Assembly: GCA_964016885.1 (NCBI GenBank)
Contig: OZ024741.1
Coordinates: forward strand, 208,878,001 to 208,942,000
Direction of reading: 5' to 3'
Origin: Eledone cirrhosa
Taxonomy: Eukaryota
Length of the DNA stretch: 64,000 nt
Shown here: in pieces, positions 26,001-38,670 of the stretch
Layout: every line of letters starts with the position of its first letter
How positions within the stretch are numbered: the first letter of the stretch is position 1
Notes under the pieces: generated by a model
Told to the model about the DNA's origin: nothing
Seen by the model: the letters and a program-made list of their open reading frames with translations, nothing else
Database searches by the model: none
Position numbers and translations under genes: made by a program

Positions 26001-29000
26001 GATTATACAGAGCGGTTGCCGGTCAAGCTGAAACTGAAAATTAGAATTGGTTCTCTATAATAGCGATATATATATGAATGTATATATAGTGTATTTTGCA
26101 ATACACTGTATGCTTAATTAAAAGCATTTCGAAGACATTATGCTATTGTTTTAGAGTAGTGAGTCTTATTTATTTTAATTTTCAGGAAACAGGGGAGATA
26201 AAGCTGACAGAGCGCTGTTTCGCATATTGTGATGCTTATCAAAGCTAACTAGTCCTCCTGTTGGCTTAAAGTCATGAATATTTGATTCTTATAGAATTCT
26301 AGTAATATTCATGAACTGATTATACAGAGCAGTTGCCGGTCAAGCAGAAATTGAAAATTAGAATTGGTGCTCTGAAATAACGATATGTATCTGAATGATT
26401 ATATAGTGTATTTTGCAATACACTGTATGCATAATTAATATCATTTCGAAGACCTTATTCTATTGTTTTAGAGTAGTGATATTCTCACTTACTTTAATTT
26501 TCAGCAAATAGGGGAGATTAAGCTGACAGAGCTCTATTTCGCATTTTTCTATGCTTATCAAAGCTAATTATTCCTCCTCTTTGCTGAAAATCATGAGTGT
26601 TTGATTCTTATAGAATTCTAGTAATAATCAGGAACTGACTATACAGAGCGGTTGCCGGTCAAGCAGAAATTGAAAATAAGAATTGGTGCTCTGAAATGGC
26701 GATATATATATGAAAGTATATATAGAGTATTTTTCAATACACTGTATGCTTAAATAAAAGCATTAACAAGACCTTATGCTATTGTTTTAGAGTAGTGACA
26801 TTCTCACTTATTTTAATGTTCAGCAAACAGGGGAGCTAAAGGTGACAGGCTCTGTTTCGCATTTGTTTATGCTTATCAAAGCTATCAACTCCTCCTGTTT
26901 GCTGAAAATCATAACTGTTTGATTCTTATAGAATTCTAGTAATAATCAGGAACTGATTATACAGAGCGGTTGCCGGTCAAGCAGAAATTGAAAATTAGAA
27001 TTGGTGCTCTGAAATAGCGATATATATATGAATGGATATATAGTGTATTTTGCAATACAATGTATGCTTAATTAAAATCATTTCGAAGACCTTATGCTAT
27101 TGTTTTAGAGTAGTCACAGTCTCACTTACTTTAATGTTCAGCAAACAGGGGAGGTAAAGGTGACAGACTCTGTTTCGCATTTTTTGTATGCTTATCAAAG
27201 CTTTCTAATCCTCCTGTTTGCTTAAAATCATGACTGTTTGATTCTTATAGAATTCTAGTAATAATCGGGAACTGATTATACAGAGCGGTTGCCGGTCAAG
27301 CAGGAATTGAAAATTAGAATTGGTGCTCTGAAATGGCGATATATATATGAAAGTATATATAGTGTATTTTGCAATACACTGTATGCTTAAATAAAAGCAT
27401 TACGAAGACCTTATGCTATTGTTTTAGAGTAGTGACAGTCTCACTTACTTTAATGTTCAGCAAACAGGGGAGGTAAAGGTGACAGACTCTGTTTCGCATT
27501 TTTTTATGCTTATCAAAGCTAACGACTCCTACTGTTTGCTGATAATCATGAATGTTTGATTCTTATAGAATTCTAGTAATAATCAGGAATTGATTATACA
27601 GATCGTTTGCCGGTCAAGCAGAAATTGAAAATTAGAATTGGTGCTCTGAAATAGCGATATATATATGAATGTATTTTAGTGTATTTTGCAATACACTGTA
27701 TGCTTAATTAAAAGCATTTCGAAGACTCTATGCTATTGTTTTAGAGTAGTGACATTCTCACTTACTTTAATGTTCAGCAAACAGGGGAGGTAAAGGTGAC
27801 AGACTCTGTTTCGCATTTTTTTTATGCTTATCAAAGCTTTCTAATCCTCCTGTTTGATTCATGACTGTTTGATTCTTATAAAATTCTAGTAATAATCGGG
27901 AACTGATTATACAGAGCGGTTGCCGGTCAAGCAGGAATTGAAAATTAGAATTGGTGCTCTGAAATGGCGATATATATAGGAAAGTATATATAGTGTATTT
28001 TGCAATACACTGTATGCTTAAATAAAAGCATTAAGAAGACCTTATGCTATTGTTTTAGAGTAGTGACAGTCTCTCTTACATTAATTTTCAGCAAACAGGG
28101 GAAAAAAAGGTGAAAGAGCTATGTTTCGCATTTTTTTATGTTTATCAAAGCTAACTGCTCCTCCTGTTTGCTGAAAATCATGAATATTTCTTTCTTATAG
28201 AATTCTAGTAATAATCAGGAACTGATTATACAGAGCGGTTGCCGGTCAAGCAGAAATTGAAAATTAGAATTGGTGCTCTGAAATGGCGATATATATATGA
28301 AGGTATATATAGAGTATTTTTCAATACACTGTATGCTTAAATAATAGCATTAACAAGACCTTATGCTATTGTTTTAGAGTAGTGACATTTTCACTTATTT
28401 TAATGTTCAGCAAACAGGGGAGCTAAAGGTGACAGGCTCTGTTTCGCATTTTTTTATGCTTATCAAAGCTATCTACTCCTCCTGTTTGCTTAAAATCATA
28501 ACTGTTTGATTCTTATAGAATTCTAGTAATAATCAGGAACTGATTATACAGAGCGGTTGCCGGTCAAGCAGAAATTGAAAATTAGAATTGGTGCTCTGAA
28601 ACAGCGATATATATATGAATGTATATATAGTGTATTTTGCAATACACTGCATGCTTAATTAAAAGCATTTCGAAGACCTTATGCTATTGTTTTAGAGTAG
28701 TGACAGTCTCACTTATTTTACTTTTCAGCATATGGGAGAGATACAGCTGACAGAGCTCTATTTCGCATTTGTCTATGCTTATCAAATCATACTATTCCTC
28801 CTCTTTGCTGAAAATCATGAATGTTTGATCCTTATAGAATTCTAGTAATAATCAGGAACTGATTATACAGAGCGGTTGCCGGTCAAGCAGAAATTGAAAA
28901 TTAGAATTGGTTTTCTGTAATAGCGATATATATATGAATGTATATATAGTGTATTTTGCAATACACTGTATTCTTAATTAAAATCATTTCGAAGACCTTA

Positions 29001-30284
29001 TGCCATTGTTTCAGAGTAGTGACAGTCTCACTTACTTTAATTTTCAGCAAACACGGGAGATAAAGCTGACAGAGCGCTGTTTCGCATTTTTTTATGCTTA
29101 TCAAAGCTATCTACTTTTCCTGTTTGCTGAAAATTATAACTGTTTGATTCTTATAGAATTCTAGTAATAATCAGGAACTGATTATACAGAGCGGTTGCCG
29201 GTAAAGGAGGAATTGAAAATTAGAATTGGTACACTGAAATAGCGATATATATCTTAATGTATTTTGCAATACACTGTATGCTTAATTAAAATCATTTCGA
29301 AGACCTTATTCTATTGTTTTAGAGTAGTGACAGTCTCATTTATTTTAATTTTCAGCAAACGGGGGATATAAAGCTGACAGAGCACTATTTCGCATTTTTC
29401 TATGCTTATCAAATCTAACTATTCCTCCTGTTTGCTGAAAATCATGAATATTTGATTCTTATAGAATTCTAGTAATAATCAGGAACTGATTATACAGACC
29501 GTTTGCCGGTCAAGAAGAAATTGAAAATTAGAATTGTTGCTCTGAAATAGCGATATATATATGAACGTATATATAGTATATTTTGCAATACACTGTATGC
29601 TTAATTAAAATAATTTCGAAGACCTTATGCTATTGTTTTAGAGTAGTGACAGTCTCACTTACTTTAATGTTCAGCAAACAGGGGAGATAAAGCGACAGAC
29701 CTCTGTTTCGCATTTTTTAATGCTTATCAAATTTAACTACTCCTCCTGTTTGCTGAAAATCATGAATGTTTGATTCTTATAGAATTCTAGTAATAATCAG
29801 GAACTGATTATACAGACCGTTTGCCGGTCAAGCAGAAATAGAAAATTAGAATTGGTGCTCTGAAATAGCGATATATATATGAATGTATATATAGTGTATT
29901 TTGCAATACACTGTATGCTTAATTAAAAGCATTTCGAAGACCGTATGCTATTGTTTTAGAGTAGTGACAGTCTCACTTACTTTAATTGTCAGCAAACAGG
30001 GGAGATAAAGCTGACAGAGCGCTGTTTCGCATTTATTTATGCTTATCAAAGCTAACTACTCCTCCTGTTTGCTGAAAATCATGAATGTTTGATTCTTATA
30101 GAATTCTAGTAATAATCAGGAACTGATTATACAGAGCGGGTGCCGGCCAAGCAGAAATTGAAAATTAGAATTGGTGCTCTGAAATAGCGATATATATATG
30201 AATGTATATATGGTGTATTTTGCAATACACTGTATGCTTAATTAAAAGCATTTCGAAGACATTATGCTATTGTTTTAGAGTAGT
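17065..30284 (-). repeat. Tandem array of about 42 x ~319-bp units with hammerhead ribozymes (retrozyme-like satellite)
   Basis: The landmark gaattctagtaataatcagg or a variant recurs 42 times by my count, about 319 bp apart. The minus strand of most units reads agct TTGATAA gcat(A)n atgc GAAA cagagctctg TC agct. Confidence 0.93.
19628..19672 (-). ncRNA. Representative intact HHR of the array (U3-A8 core, GUC cleavage site between 19632 and 19631)
   Basis: Stem I agct/agct, core TTGATAA, stem II gcat/atgc with A-rich loop, GAAA, stem III cag-agct-ctg, then TC. Stem I is extended by ttttcagcaaacaggaggag pairing with ctc...ctg...ctgaaaa. Confidence 0.85.
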
Positions 30285-31916
30285 TGATAAGAAAATTATG
30301 ATGTTGTTATTCAATCAGGATCTTTGTAGTCATGCAAGAGGTGTTTCCAGACGTGTGGACAACATGTGAAGAATTCATTTCTTGATTTTAGGCAATCACT
30401 ATTACATAATCTCTTTAGAATATTTATTCGTTCATCAATACATAGTCTACACGACGGATTTCCCCTTGCGTATAGCTTGGACTTAGTGATGGCCTTCCAT
30501 TGAATGGAGTAGTCTATGCTTGGGTCCTTGAGGGACCATACGTGGCTCGCGAGTTTCGAGGATGAACGTCTGTCTAGGTACCTAAAGTGCGACTGGTGGT
30601 TCAGGAAACGTTACTTAAATCGGCCCTCCGCCATAACCACATAGGATTTGACCTCATGTGGTTGATTTGGTCGGTTGGAAGTGACCACAGCTTCATAAAT
30701 GACAGCGAGGGTGTTGCATTGCTGTTGAAGGGGAGAAGCTTCGGCCTTACGGCAAAACCACCCTGGTGGGCTGCTGCTCCTAGGGCTGCTGGTGATGTGG
30801 GCCTTCATGTTCTTAGCGCAGGAGTATCCTAGTTTTACTTCGTGTCGGTTAAAGATGGAGCGGTATTTATGACCTATGGGAAAGTGTCTATCTAAGAGGG
30901 CTAGAAATGTTTTGCCTACATTGGTTTTTACGTTGAGTGAGAAGGGAGGGGAGAACCAGATAGTTTGTCTATTGTTGCGCTTTCTTTTCTTATTGCTGTT
31001 GTTGATAGTGGGAGAGTAAGTGATAGGTTGCGAAAGCCGCTGTTAGCTAACGCCGTGTTATAGTAGGGTGCCGCCCTGTCAAAGATAGCCTTATTAGAGG
31101 AGAGGTTTGATATTCTAGTACTGATATTATTTACGAAGTTTCTAAAAACAGTGGGTGGTTGGCATGAGTCCTTGTGAATGTAATTGAGTTTTTCGTTTAG
31201 CTTATGGAAGGGTCTGTAGGTGTGTGTGCGAAGGTCTAAATTAATGTCTAAGAAATCTACGCTAGAGTGGTTGGTAGCTACTGTTATCCTAAGTCCTAAC
31301 TCATTGAACGTAGAAGCTAAGTCTTTTTTAAACCGGTCGAGGTCGTGACCACTTTTATGGCTCGATAAGATCAGTCCATCGTCGCGGTATATTCCCGTGT
31401 GGAAGTCCGGGGATCTAACACGTAATAAGTCTAAAATAAATAGGCCAACCAAGTCGCATATGTCAGCACTGTCAAACGATTCCATGGAGACGTCGAACAG
31501 GTCTGAAGTTGTTGACTTCTTTGCCCAGGCTACTCCGTTGTTGAAGAGGAGGTTTTTCCGGCAGTGAGCGATGATTTCCCTGTTTAATCATGGACGGTCG
31601 TGTAAGTGGTAGCGAAGTCCAACGCTTTGTTAAACAGGGTCTCAACAATGTCAAACAGTGTGAACTTCGCTTTTTTAGAGTTGAAGGAGTTAAACCACTT
31701 AATTAAGGTGTCGCTCTTCTCCCACTGGGACAGGTTAGACTTGGTCCTAATGGTCTTAACTATGTTTCTAAGAATGGCCTTACTGACTAGTCCCATATCA
31801 GTGCGTGCCGGGTTTATTAGATTACATGTGGGGTTAGAAGTAAAGTCTAGCTTGTGATCTTTCAGGGTCAGGAACGCCTCCCGCTTAGCTAGAGATTGTA
31901 GCTTATCTACCTTAGT

Positions 31917-31917
<1 letters not shown>
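30285..31917 (-). mobile_element. 5'-truncated Penelope-like element (RT + GIY-YIG), decayed
   Basis: TLKDHK...CNLINPA, MESFDSADICDLVGLFIL, GIYRDDGLIL and DFLDINLDL; C-terminus CLKSRNEFFTCCPHVWKHLLHDYKDPD* with the stop at 30311-30313. Confidence 0.9.
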
Positions 31918-31958
<41 letters not shown>

Positions 31959-31968
31959 GTATATGTAT

Positions 31969-32579
31969 GTCAGGTCACCAGTTGGTGCTACTGGTAACAT
32001 GTATCCCAGTACAACCTGTCCCATGGTCGGGTCGTTGGCGACTAAACTGGCAACCCCACCAAGGATTCTTGGTGAGGAGGGTGACTTTGGACATCCTGCA
32101 GGACTAAAAACAAAACCTGTCAAAGGGCAAAGGAGCTCTTAAGAGTCAATGGCCATCCAAAATCACCGGGAGAGATGACCCCTTAGCCTTTGTCAAGGCA
32201 GAATTCTAGGAGAAGGAAAACTCTGATATAACACCTGCAACCCTGATGGTATCCAATGATGTTGACTTATTCTTCTTTTTGGTAAATATCATCTCGGGTT
32301 AAGAGAGTGGGACTGGCTTTGTGCAGTGCCTTTGCTCACTATAAAAGCTTCACGGCACAGGCATTGCTTTATATCTGGAGATCTCTCTACACTTGTCGTC
32401 ACATGGTACCAAGGGCCCAACACTATGTGTCAATAATTGTCACAGGTGTAGTGTTTGTACCAGAGTTTTCAAGTCGCTGGCTGGACTAAAAGTCACACTT
32501 GTTTAGCGCATCGGTAGGGGTTCTCCTACATGGATATAAAGTAGTGGCCGTACTCGAAAACGAGTTGGCAGCCACCATG
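31969..32579 (+). mobile_element. ~610-bp non-autonomous RTE derivative
   Basis: Reverse complement of 6284-6893. Confidence 0.8.
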
Positions 32580-32793
32580 TGTGTATAGAGATGTATATAT
32601 ATATGTGTGTGTAAGTATATATACATATACACACACGCGCACGCGCACGCGCATGCACACACGCATGTATGCACATATCTTCATCTCTCTTGCTCTCTAC
32701 ATAGAAGCACACAAAAATAAGAATAATATTAAGCTACAAAAGAATTCCATTCAGCAAATTCACGAAAAACACCAACAAACTTCTCTCGTTCTC

Positions 32794-32797
<4 letters not shown>

Positions 32798-32833
<36 letters not shown>

Positions 32834-32922
32834 TCTCTCTATTTCTTTCTCTTCCTTTCTCTCTCTCGCTCTCTCTCTCTTTCTCCTACAATGTCTCTCG
32901 TTCTAAATGTATATATTCTTAA

Positions 32923-33011
<89 letters not shown>

Positions 33012-33095
33012 ACTCTCTCACTCTCTCCCGCTCTCTCTCTTTCTTTCTCTCTCTCTAAATCTCTCTCTCTCTAAATCTCTCTAAATCTCTCTAAA
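32798..33095. repeat. (CT)n microsatellite
   Basis: Seen directly. Confidence 0.95.
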
Positions 33096-33884
33096 TATTT
33101 TTGTCCCCTCTCGCTCTTTCTTTCCCTTCTATTCTTGAGAACTAGAAAAGTGTATCTTAATCCCTTCCGTCATTCTTGTTCCTCTAAACTATGGAATCTG
33201 CAATACAAACAAAAGACAAGCTCCCATTATATGAATGAAAGAACCAACACAGCATAACTTAAACTCACCGAAGAAGTTTAAGATGAAATGTCAGAGGATA
33301 GCCAGAATAAATGCTAATAACAATTGGTTATGGTTAAGCTCTTACGCTGAACGTCGCTACATTAATGCTGTGTGCAGGCATTAAACATATCTCTTCCTCT
33401 GAATATATTAGAATTATGTATTGAAGCATGAAACTGTCAATTGGTTCATCTGTGATCAAATAAGTCTCCTTAAAATGAAAATCTAGTGAGGCCATTACTA
33501 ATCGCAGTAAACAGGTAGAAATGTGAGTGGAATATTGCTTGGAACTTTCCACAGAGAATACGGATTCCGATGAAAGCCCTCACTAGCATCATCTCCGTGA
33601 AATCCTCTGTCTACTTAATGTGTTTACGCTCTAGTTAAGGCAATTGACAGTTTTAGTTATATAATTTTTATTTGCAGATCATACTGCTTTCGTTGCCTAC
33701 ACAAATGGCCGCCTTCAGTGCATCGTGGACTTATTCTCAAATGCATACAGAGTTTACTTTAATCACGCGTATAAAGAGAAACTGTGGTTATAACTCAAGA
33801 TGCGCCACATCTTTTCTTTTCTGTTTACGACTCTATACTCGAAGTGGTAAAACGCTGAGCTTAATAACAACTAACAAGGGTGTT

Positions 33885-34095
33885 AGATTGGCAGAATTGA
33901 TAGAGCATCGGATAAAATGCCTTTGCGATTTTTGTTTCAGCTCTTTACTTTCTGTGTCTAAATAGAACCAACGTCAACTTTGCCTTTCATCCTTAAGAGG
34001 TCGGAAAAATATAGTACCAGTCAAATACTGTGGTCGATTTAATCAACTTTGCTCTTCGTCCAAATTTCTTGGTCTTGTGTCTAAATTAAAAATCA
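33885..34095 (+). mobile_element. Diverged tRNA-derived SINE
   Basis: ttggcagaattgatagag ... caactttgcctttcatcctt ... gtaccagtcaaatactg ... ggtcttgtgtctaaa. Confidence 0.7.
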
Positions 34096-34269
34096 ATTTT
34101 AACGAACAACTTATCTATAAACGCTGATATATATAAGCGACTTGTAACGCTACTGTGATGATTAAACTCACCAACAGAGCCTTACATTGAACATCAAGTT
34201 AAAGGTTCATCAAAGCTGCATCCTCAGCTGTCTCATATACAGTAGTGAAACATAGACGACATGTATCAG

Positions 34270-34500
34270 ACAAGAAGGAAAAATGAAAACCTACCACAAG
34301 GTCACCAACTCCGAGGTCCAGAGTGTAAATTTATATCTGACCAGATTGTAAGTTTATATCAGCAACGAATTCGATAGAATGTAAGTTATATCTGTGACAA
34401 ATTCGATAGCTTGAAATAGTCATGGAAGGACATAGCAAAAATCGTTTAGCCTGGAGACAAGCTGTAAAGGCAGCGTTAAAACAAAAACGAGAGGGCGGCA
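34270..34500 (+). mobile_element. Possible old RTE-like LINE 3' ORF remnant
   Basis: SWKDIA/KNRLAWRQAVK resembles the WxxxAxDRxxWR motif; heavily decayed. Confidence 0.35.
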
Positions 34501-34744
34501 GTGGGGAAGGATCTAAATCAGCTTCGGGCAATATAAGACAAACGTGGACAGCATCAACTTCACACGATGAATCTTGTCTTCATTTATGACGACTATAATA
34601 ACTACCATTCTTTAGTACGACTACATTGTCATCGAATAGTAGAGATATAGAAAAAGAGATGGATGAAGAAATTCCCATCGTCATCTGAGACGTCGGCGGC
34701 GAATTACTTGTCAGAGGTTTGCTTTATTATGACTGACCTTGTCA

Positions 34745-34923
34745 TACTACTACTACTACTACTACTACTGCTGCTACTACTACTACTACTGTTGCAGCTA
34801 CTCCTCCTCCTCCTCCCCTCCTCCTCCTCCTCCTCCTACTACTACTACTACCACTGCTACTACTACTACTACTACTACTACTACTGCTACTACTGCTACT
34901 GCTATTACTACTGCTGCTGCTGT

Positions 34924-34982
<59 letters not shown>

Positions 34983-35132
34983 TTACTATTGCTGCTGCTA
35001 CTACTACTACTACTACTATTACTACTGCTGCTGCTACTACTACTACTACTACTACTATTACTACTACCTCTACTACTACTATTACTACTGCTGCTGCTAC
35101 TACTACTACTACTATTACTACTGCCGCTGCTG

Positions 35133-35171
<39 letters not shown>

Positions 35172-35198
35172 TTACTACTGCTGCTGCTATTACTACTG

Positions 35199-35231
<33 letters not shown>

Positions 35232-35301
35232 TTACTATTGTTGCTGTTACTACTACTACTATTACTACTGCTACTACTACTACTACTACTACTACTACTA
35301 T

Positions 35302-35332
<31 letters not shown>

Positions 35333-35351
35333 ACTACTACTACTACTACTG

Positions 35352-35410
<59 letters not shown>

Positions 35411-35666
35411 ACTACTACTACTACTACTACTGCTACTACTACTACTACTACTACTATTACTACTGCTGCTACTACTACTACTACTACTACTACTGCTACT
35501 ACTACTACTACTACTGCTGCTGCTACTACTACTACCGCTGATGCTGTTGTTATTATTGCTGTTGCTGCTCTCACACAAGGAAACAGAAAAAAGAAAGAAA
35601 AAAAGAAGGAAGAAAGAAAGAAGGAAAGAAAAAAAGAAAGAGGAAAAAACCAGAAGACAGACAGAG

Positions 35667-35760
<94 letters not shown>

Positions 35761-35968
35761 GCAGAAAGAAAGAAAGAAAGAAAGAAATGAAGAAAGAAAG
35801 AAAGAAATGAAGAAAGAAAGAAAGAAAGAAAGACAGAAAGGCAGACAGAAATAAAGAAAGAAATAAAGAAAGAAAAAAAGAAAGACAGAAAGAAAGAAAT
35901 AAAGAAAGGAAGAAAGGCAAAAAGAAAGAACGAAAGAAAGAAAGACAGAAAGACAGAAAGACAGATAA
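34745..35968. repeat. (CTA/CTG)n tract followed by (GAAA)n tract
   Basis: Seen directly; explains the poly-Y/T/L/S/V ORFs. Confidence 0.96.
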
Positions 35969-36954
35969 AAGGGTGATATGCCTGAGTTTCCACCATATTG
36001 CTGTAGTTGATGTCAGATGCTGCTGCTGTTCCAGTCTGTGGTAAACCTCCCACCACACTTCCCGGACAATCAATCAGTTATTATTTCCTTCGTTGCTATT
36101 TTCATAGATTTTGCTTGCTTCAGGCTATGGGTTGGCCTACTTCTCATCCTTTACAATACTTCGCTTCCTTCTTCCCCTACCATCACATTTATCGTTTCCA
36201 GTCTTCTGTCAAAGCTGTCTTGTAGTTACTGTTGTTGTTGTTGCTGTTGTTGTTGTTGTTGTTATTGTTGTTGTTGTTGTTGTTGTTGTTGCTGTTGCTG
36301 TTGTTGCTGTTGTTGATGTTGTTATTGTTGTTGTTGTTGCTGTTGTTGTTGTTGCTGTTGTTATAGTTGTTGCTCTTGTAGTTGAAGTTGTTGATGATGT
36401 TATTGCTGTGTTGCTGTTGCTGCTGCTGTTGTTGCTGTTATTGTTGTTACGTTTGTGATTGTGAACTAGACAGAGTGAGAGATGATATGCGTTGTAATTT
36501 TGTAGTAGTTGTCGATTTTTTTAGACTTCTTTGTCTTATAATTATTATTCTTCTGTACATTTCAGCTGACAAACTCGCGAAAGATGCTATTAACAAGGAT
36601 TGAACCTAAAACATCAATCTAAGTTAGAAATGTATTCTACTCTGAAGGACTAAAACAAAATTAGGATCTCGGTGGAATTTGAACTCACAAACGGAAATGA
36701 AGAATTAATTTCATCGATAAAATAAAGTGCCAGTAATGCACTGGAGTCAATTTCATCGACTTCCCCCTCCCCCAAAATTGTTGGCCTTGTGCCTAAATCA
36801 GAAACCTTTATTGCTTGTGATTAGCGAATGGATGGACATACAAATTCGACACTGCCTCAACGTCACAGCATCCAATATTACAAAGAGAAATTACTATGTA
36901 CTACATCGCACAACTCATTGATATAGTACTTAATTCGTCACAAAATCATTATAT

Positions 36955-37143
36955 AATTGTTTCTACTTTTGGCACAAGGCCAGCAATAACCCAGTACATT
37001 ACTGGTACTTTATTTTATCGACCCCGTAAGGATGAAAGGCAAAGTTAACCTCGACGGGATTTGAAATCAGATCGTAAAGGGACGTAACTCTTTGCGTCAA
37101 AGCATGGCGTCCGACCCTCTTCTGATACTGCCAACCCACCACC
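36955..37143 (-). mobile_element. tRNA-derived SINE
   Basis: Reverse complement of the 14716 copy. Confidence 0.88.
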
Positions 37144-37239
37144 CTTTAAATCATTATATAATAAAGGGAAGAGTGCGGGACTGCGTCCTGAATGTATTTT
37201 TATCCCGTTAGTAAAATAAGTTGGATTACTTTAAATAAA

Positions 37240-37410
37240 TAATTGTTTCTATTTTAGGCACAAGGCCAGCAATTACCCAGTACATTACTGGTACTTTATT
37301 TTATCGACCCCGTAAGGATGAAAGGCAAAGTCAACCTCGGCGGGATTTGAACTCAGATCGTAAAGGGACGTAACTATGCTGGAAAGCATGGCATCCGACC
37401 CTCTACCGCC
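37240..37410 (-). mobile_element. tRNA-derived SINE (slightly 5'-truncated)
   Basis: Reverse complement of the family sequence. Confidence 0.88.
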
Positions 37411-38051
37411 CGCTTACTTTAAATAAATAATGAATGAATATTACATAATTTATGTACTAAATTTCGTAGCTGTTGATTAAACATAAATATTCTTATATAT
37501 AATGATTGCTAATTTTAAGACTCACTTCTTTTAAAATTTTCAAATGTCTACACTTCCGGTTAGCGCCCGTTATATCATAACACGTATTACATCGCTTATG
37601 TAAACGTTCATATATTTGCATCGTTATATAAGGTTTATATTTCTGTCGCTAGTATCTTCTCTTTCGTTTTCATAAAATTTCACCGTAATGCAGTTTATAT
37701 ATAATATCATCTTTTTTAAATGTATCATGGATTACTTTACTGATTACAGAACACAGTATTCAATTTCTGTGCATATTGTCAATTACGATTTTATTTGATG
37801 CATATATATTTGCGTATAATATCAATATGCACACTACACATGCTAGCAGAAAACCACCCGAGGCTGGTTTTTCTGCTAGTAGGCATAATGACGTACGCAA
37901 TACTTACGTCGAGCACAATTCTGAAGTTATTGTAGGGACTCTTGCCGAAACGTGCCACACGGTGGGATAGAAATCGGTACTACGTGGTTATGAAACGAAC
38001 TTCTTAACTACATAGCCATGCCATGCGGCGTAATAACAAAAATAACATTAA

Positions 38052-38240
38052 GTGGATTGGCAGTATCGGTAGAGGGTCGAACGCCATGCTTTGACGCATA
38101 GAGTTACGGCCCTTGCCATTCTGAGTTCAAATCCCGCCGAGGTTAACTTTGCCTTTCATCCTTACTGGGTCGATAAAATAAAGTACCAGTAATGCACTGG
38201 ATAATAGCTGGCCTTGTGCCAAAAGTAGAAACAATTATTT
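38052..38240 (+). mobile_element. tRNA-derived SINE
   Basis: Nearly identical to 14716-14903. Confidence 0.9.
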
Positions 38241-38591
38241 ATTGTTAGGATTAATTATTCCCATTTCGATGTTTGATACTCACTAACTTCACTTATAAAA
38301 ACGGCAATAAAAATGTCAGTTCCTGTGGGACTCCTCGTTGACACCTTGGAATAATGACCATCATTGTACGAGTCTACTGCGCTGGCCATTACCTCTCCTT
38401 GTTCACACTTAGCTGTAATGTTCAGTGGAGAGAGTATTGGTCATTACACCAAACTGTCAACAAAAACGTGCATGTTTAGATTCCCTTTCCCACAGATAGT
38501 CATATTGTTATAACGTTTAATGTTCCACTCATTAAACGTGTACAGCAGAACTTGTTCAGATATAAACGTACATATGAAATGTACACACACA

Positions 38592-38670
<79 letters not shown>

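Noticed and set aside
17065-30284. Array as a CRISPR array or a coding repeat
   Set aside because: Whole units repeat with no unique spacers, there are no cas genes, the context is eukaryotic, and ORFs are only short and sporadic.
31975-32090. Twister or HDV assignment for the RTE-derivative 5' end
   Set aside because: The twister CCC/GGG pseudoknot and P2 are not conserved across copies, and HDV P2/P3 cannot be placed consistently.
34663-36073. Long ORFs of 258-443 aa
   Set aside because: They are translations of (CTA)n and (GAAA)n microsatellites, open in several frames.
38284-38454. Minus-strand exon with ttgacag acceptor and gtgagt donor
   Set aside because: Stops in all three frames; it could be a UTR exon, but the sequence alone cannot support that.
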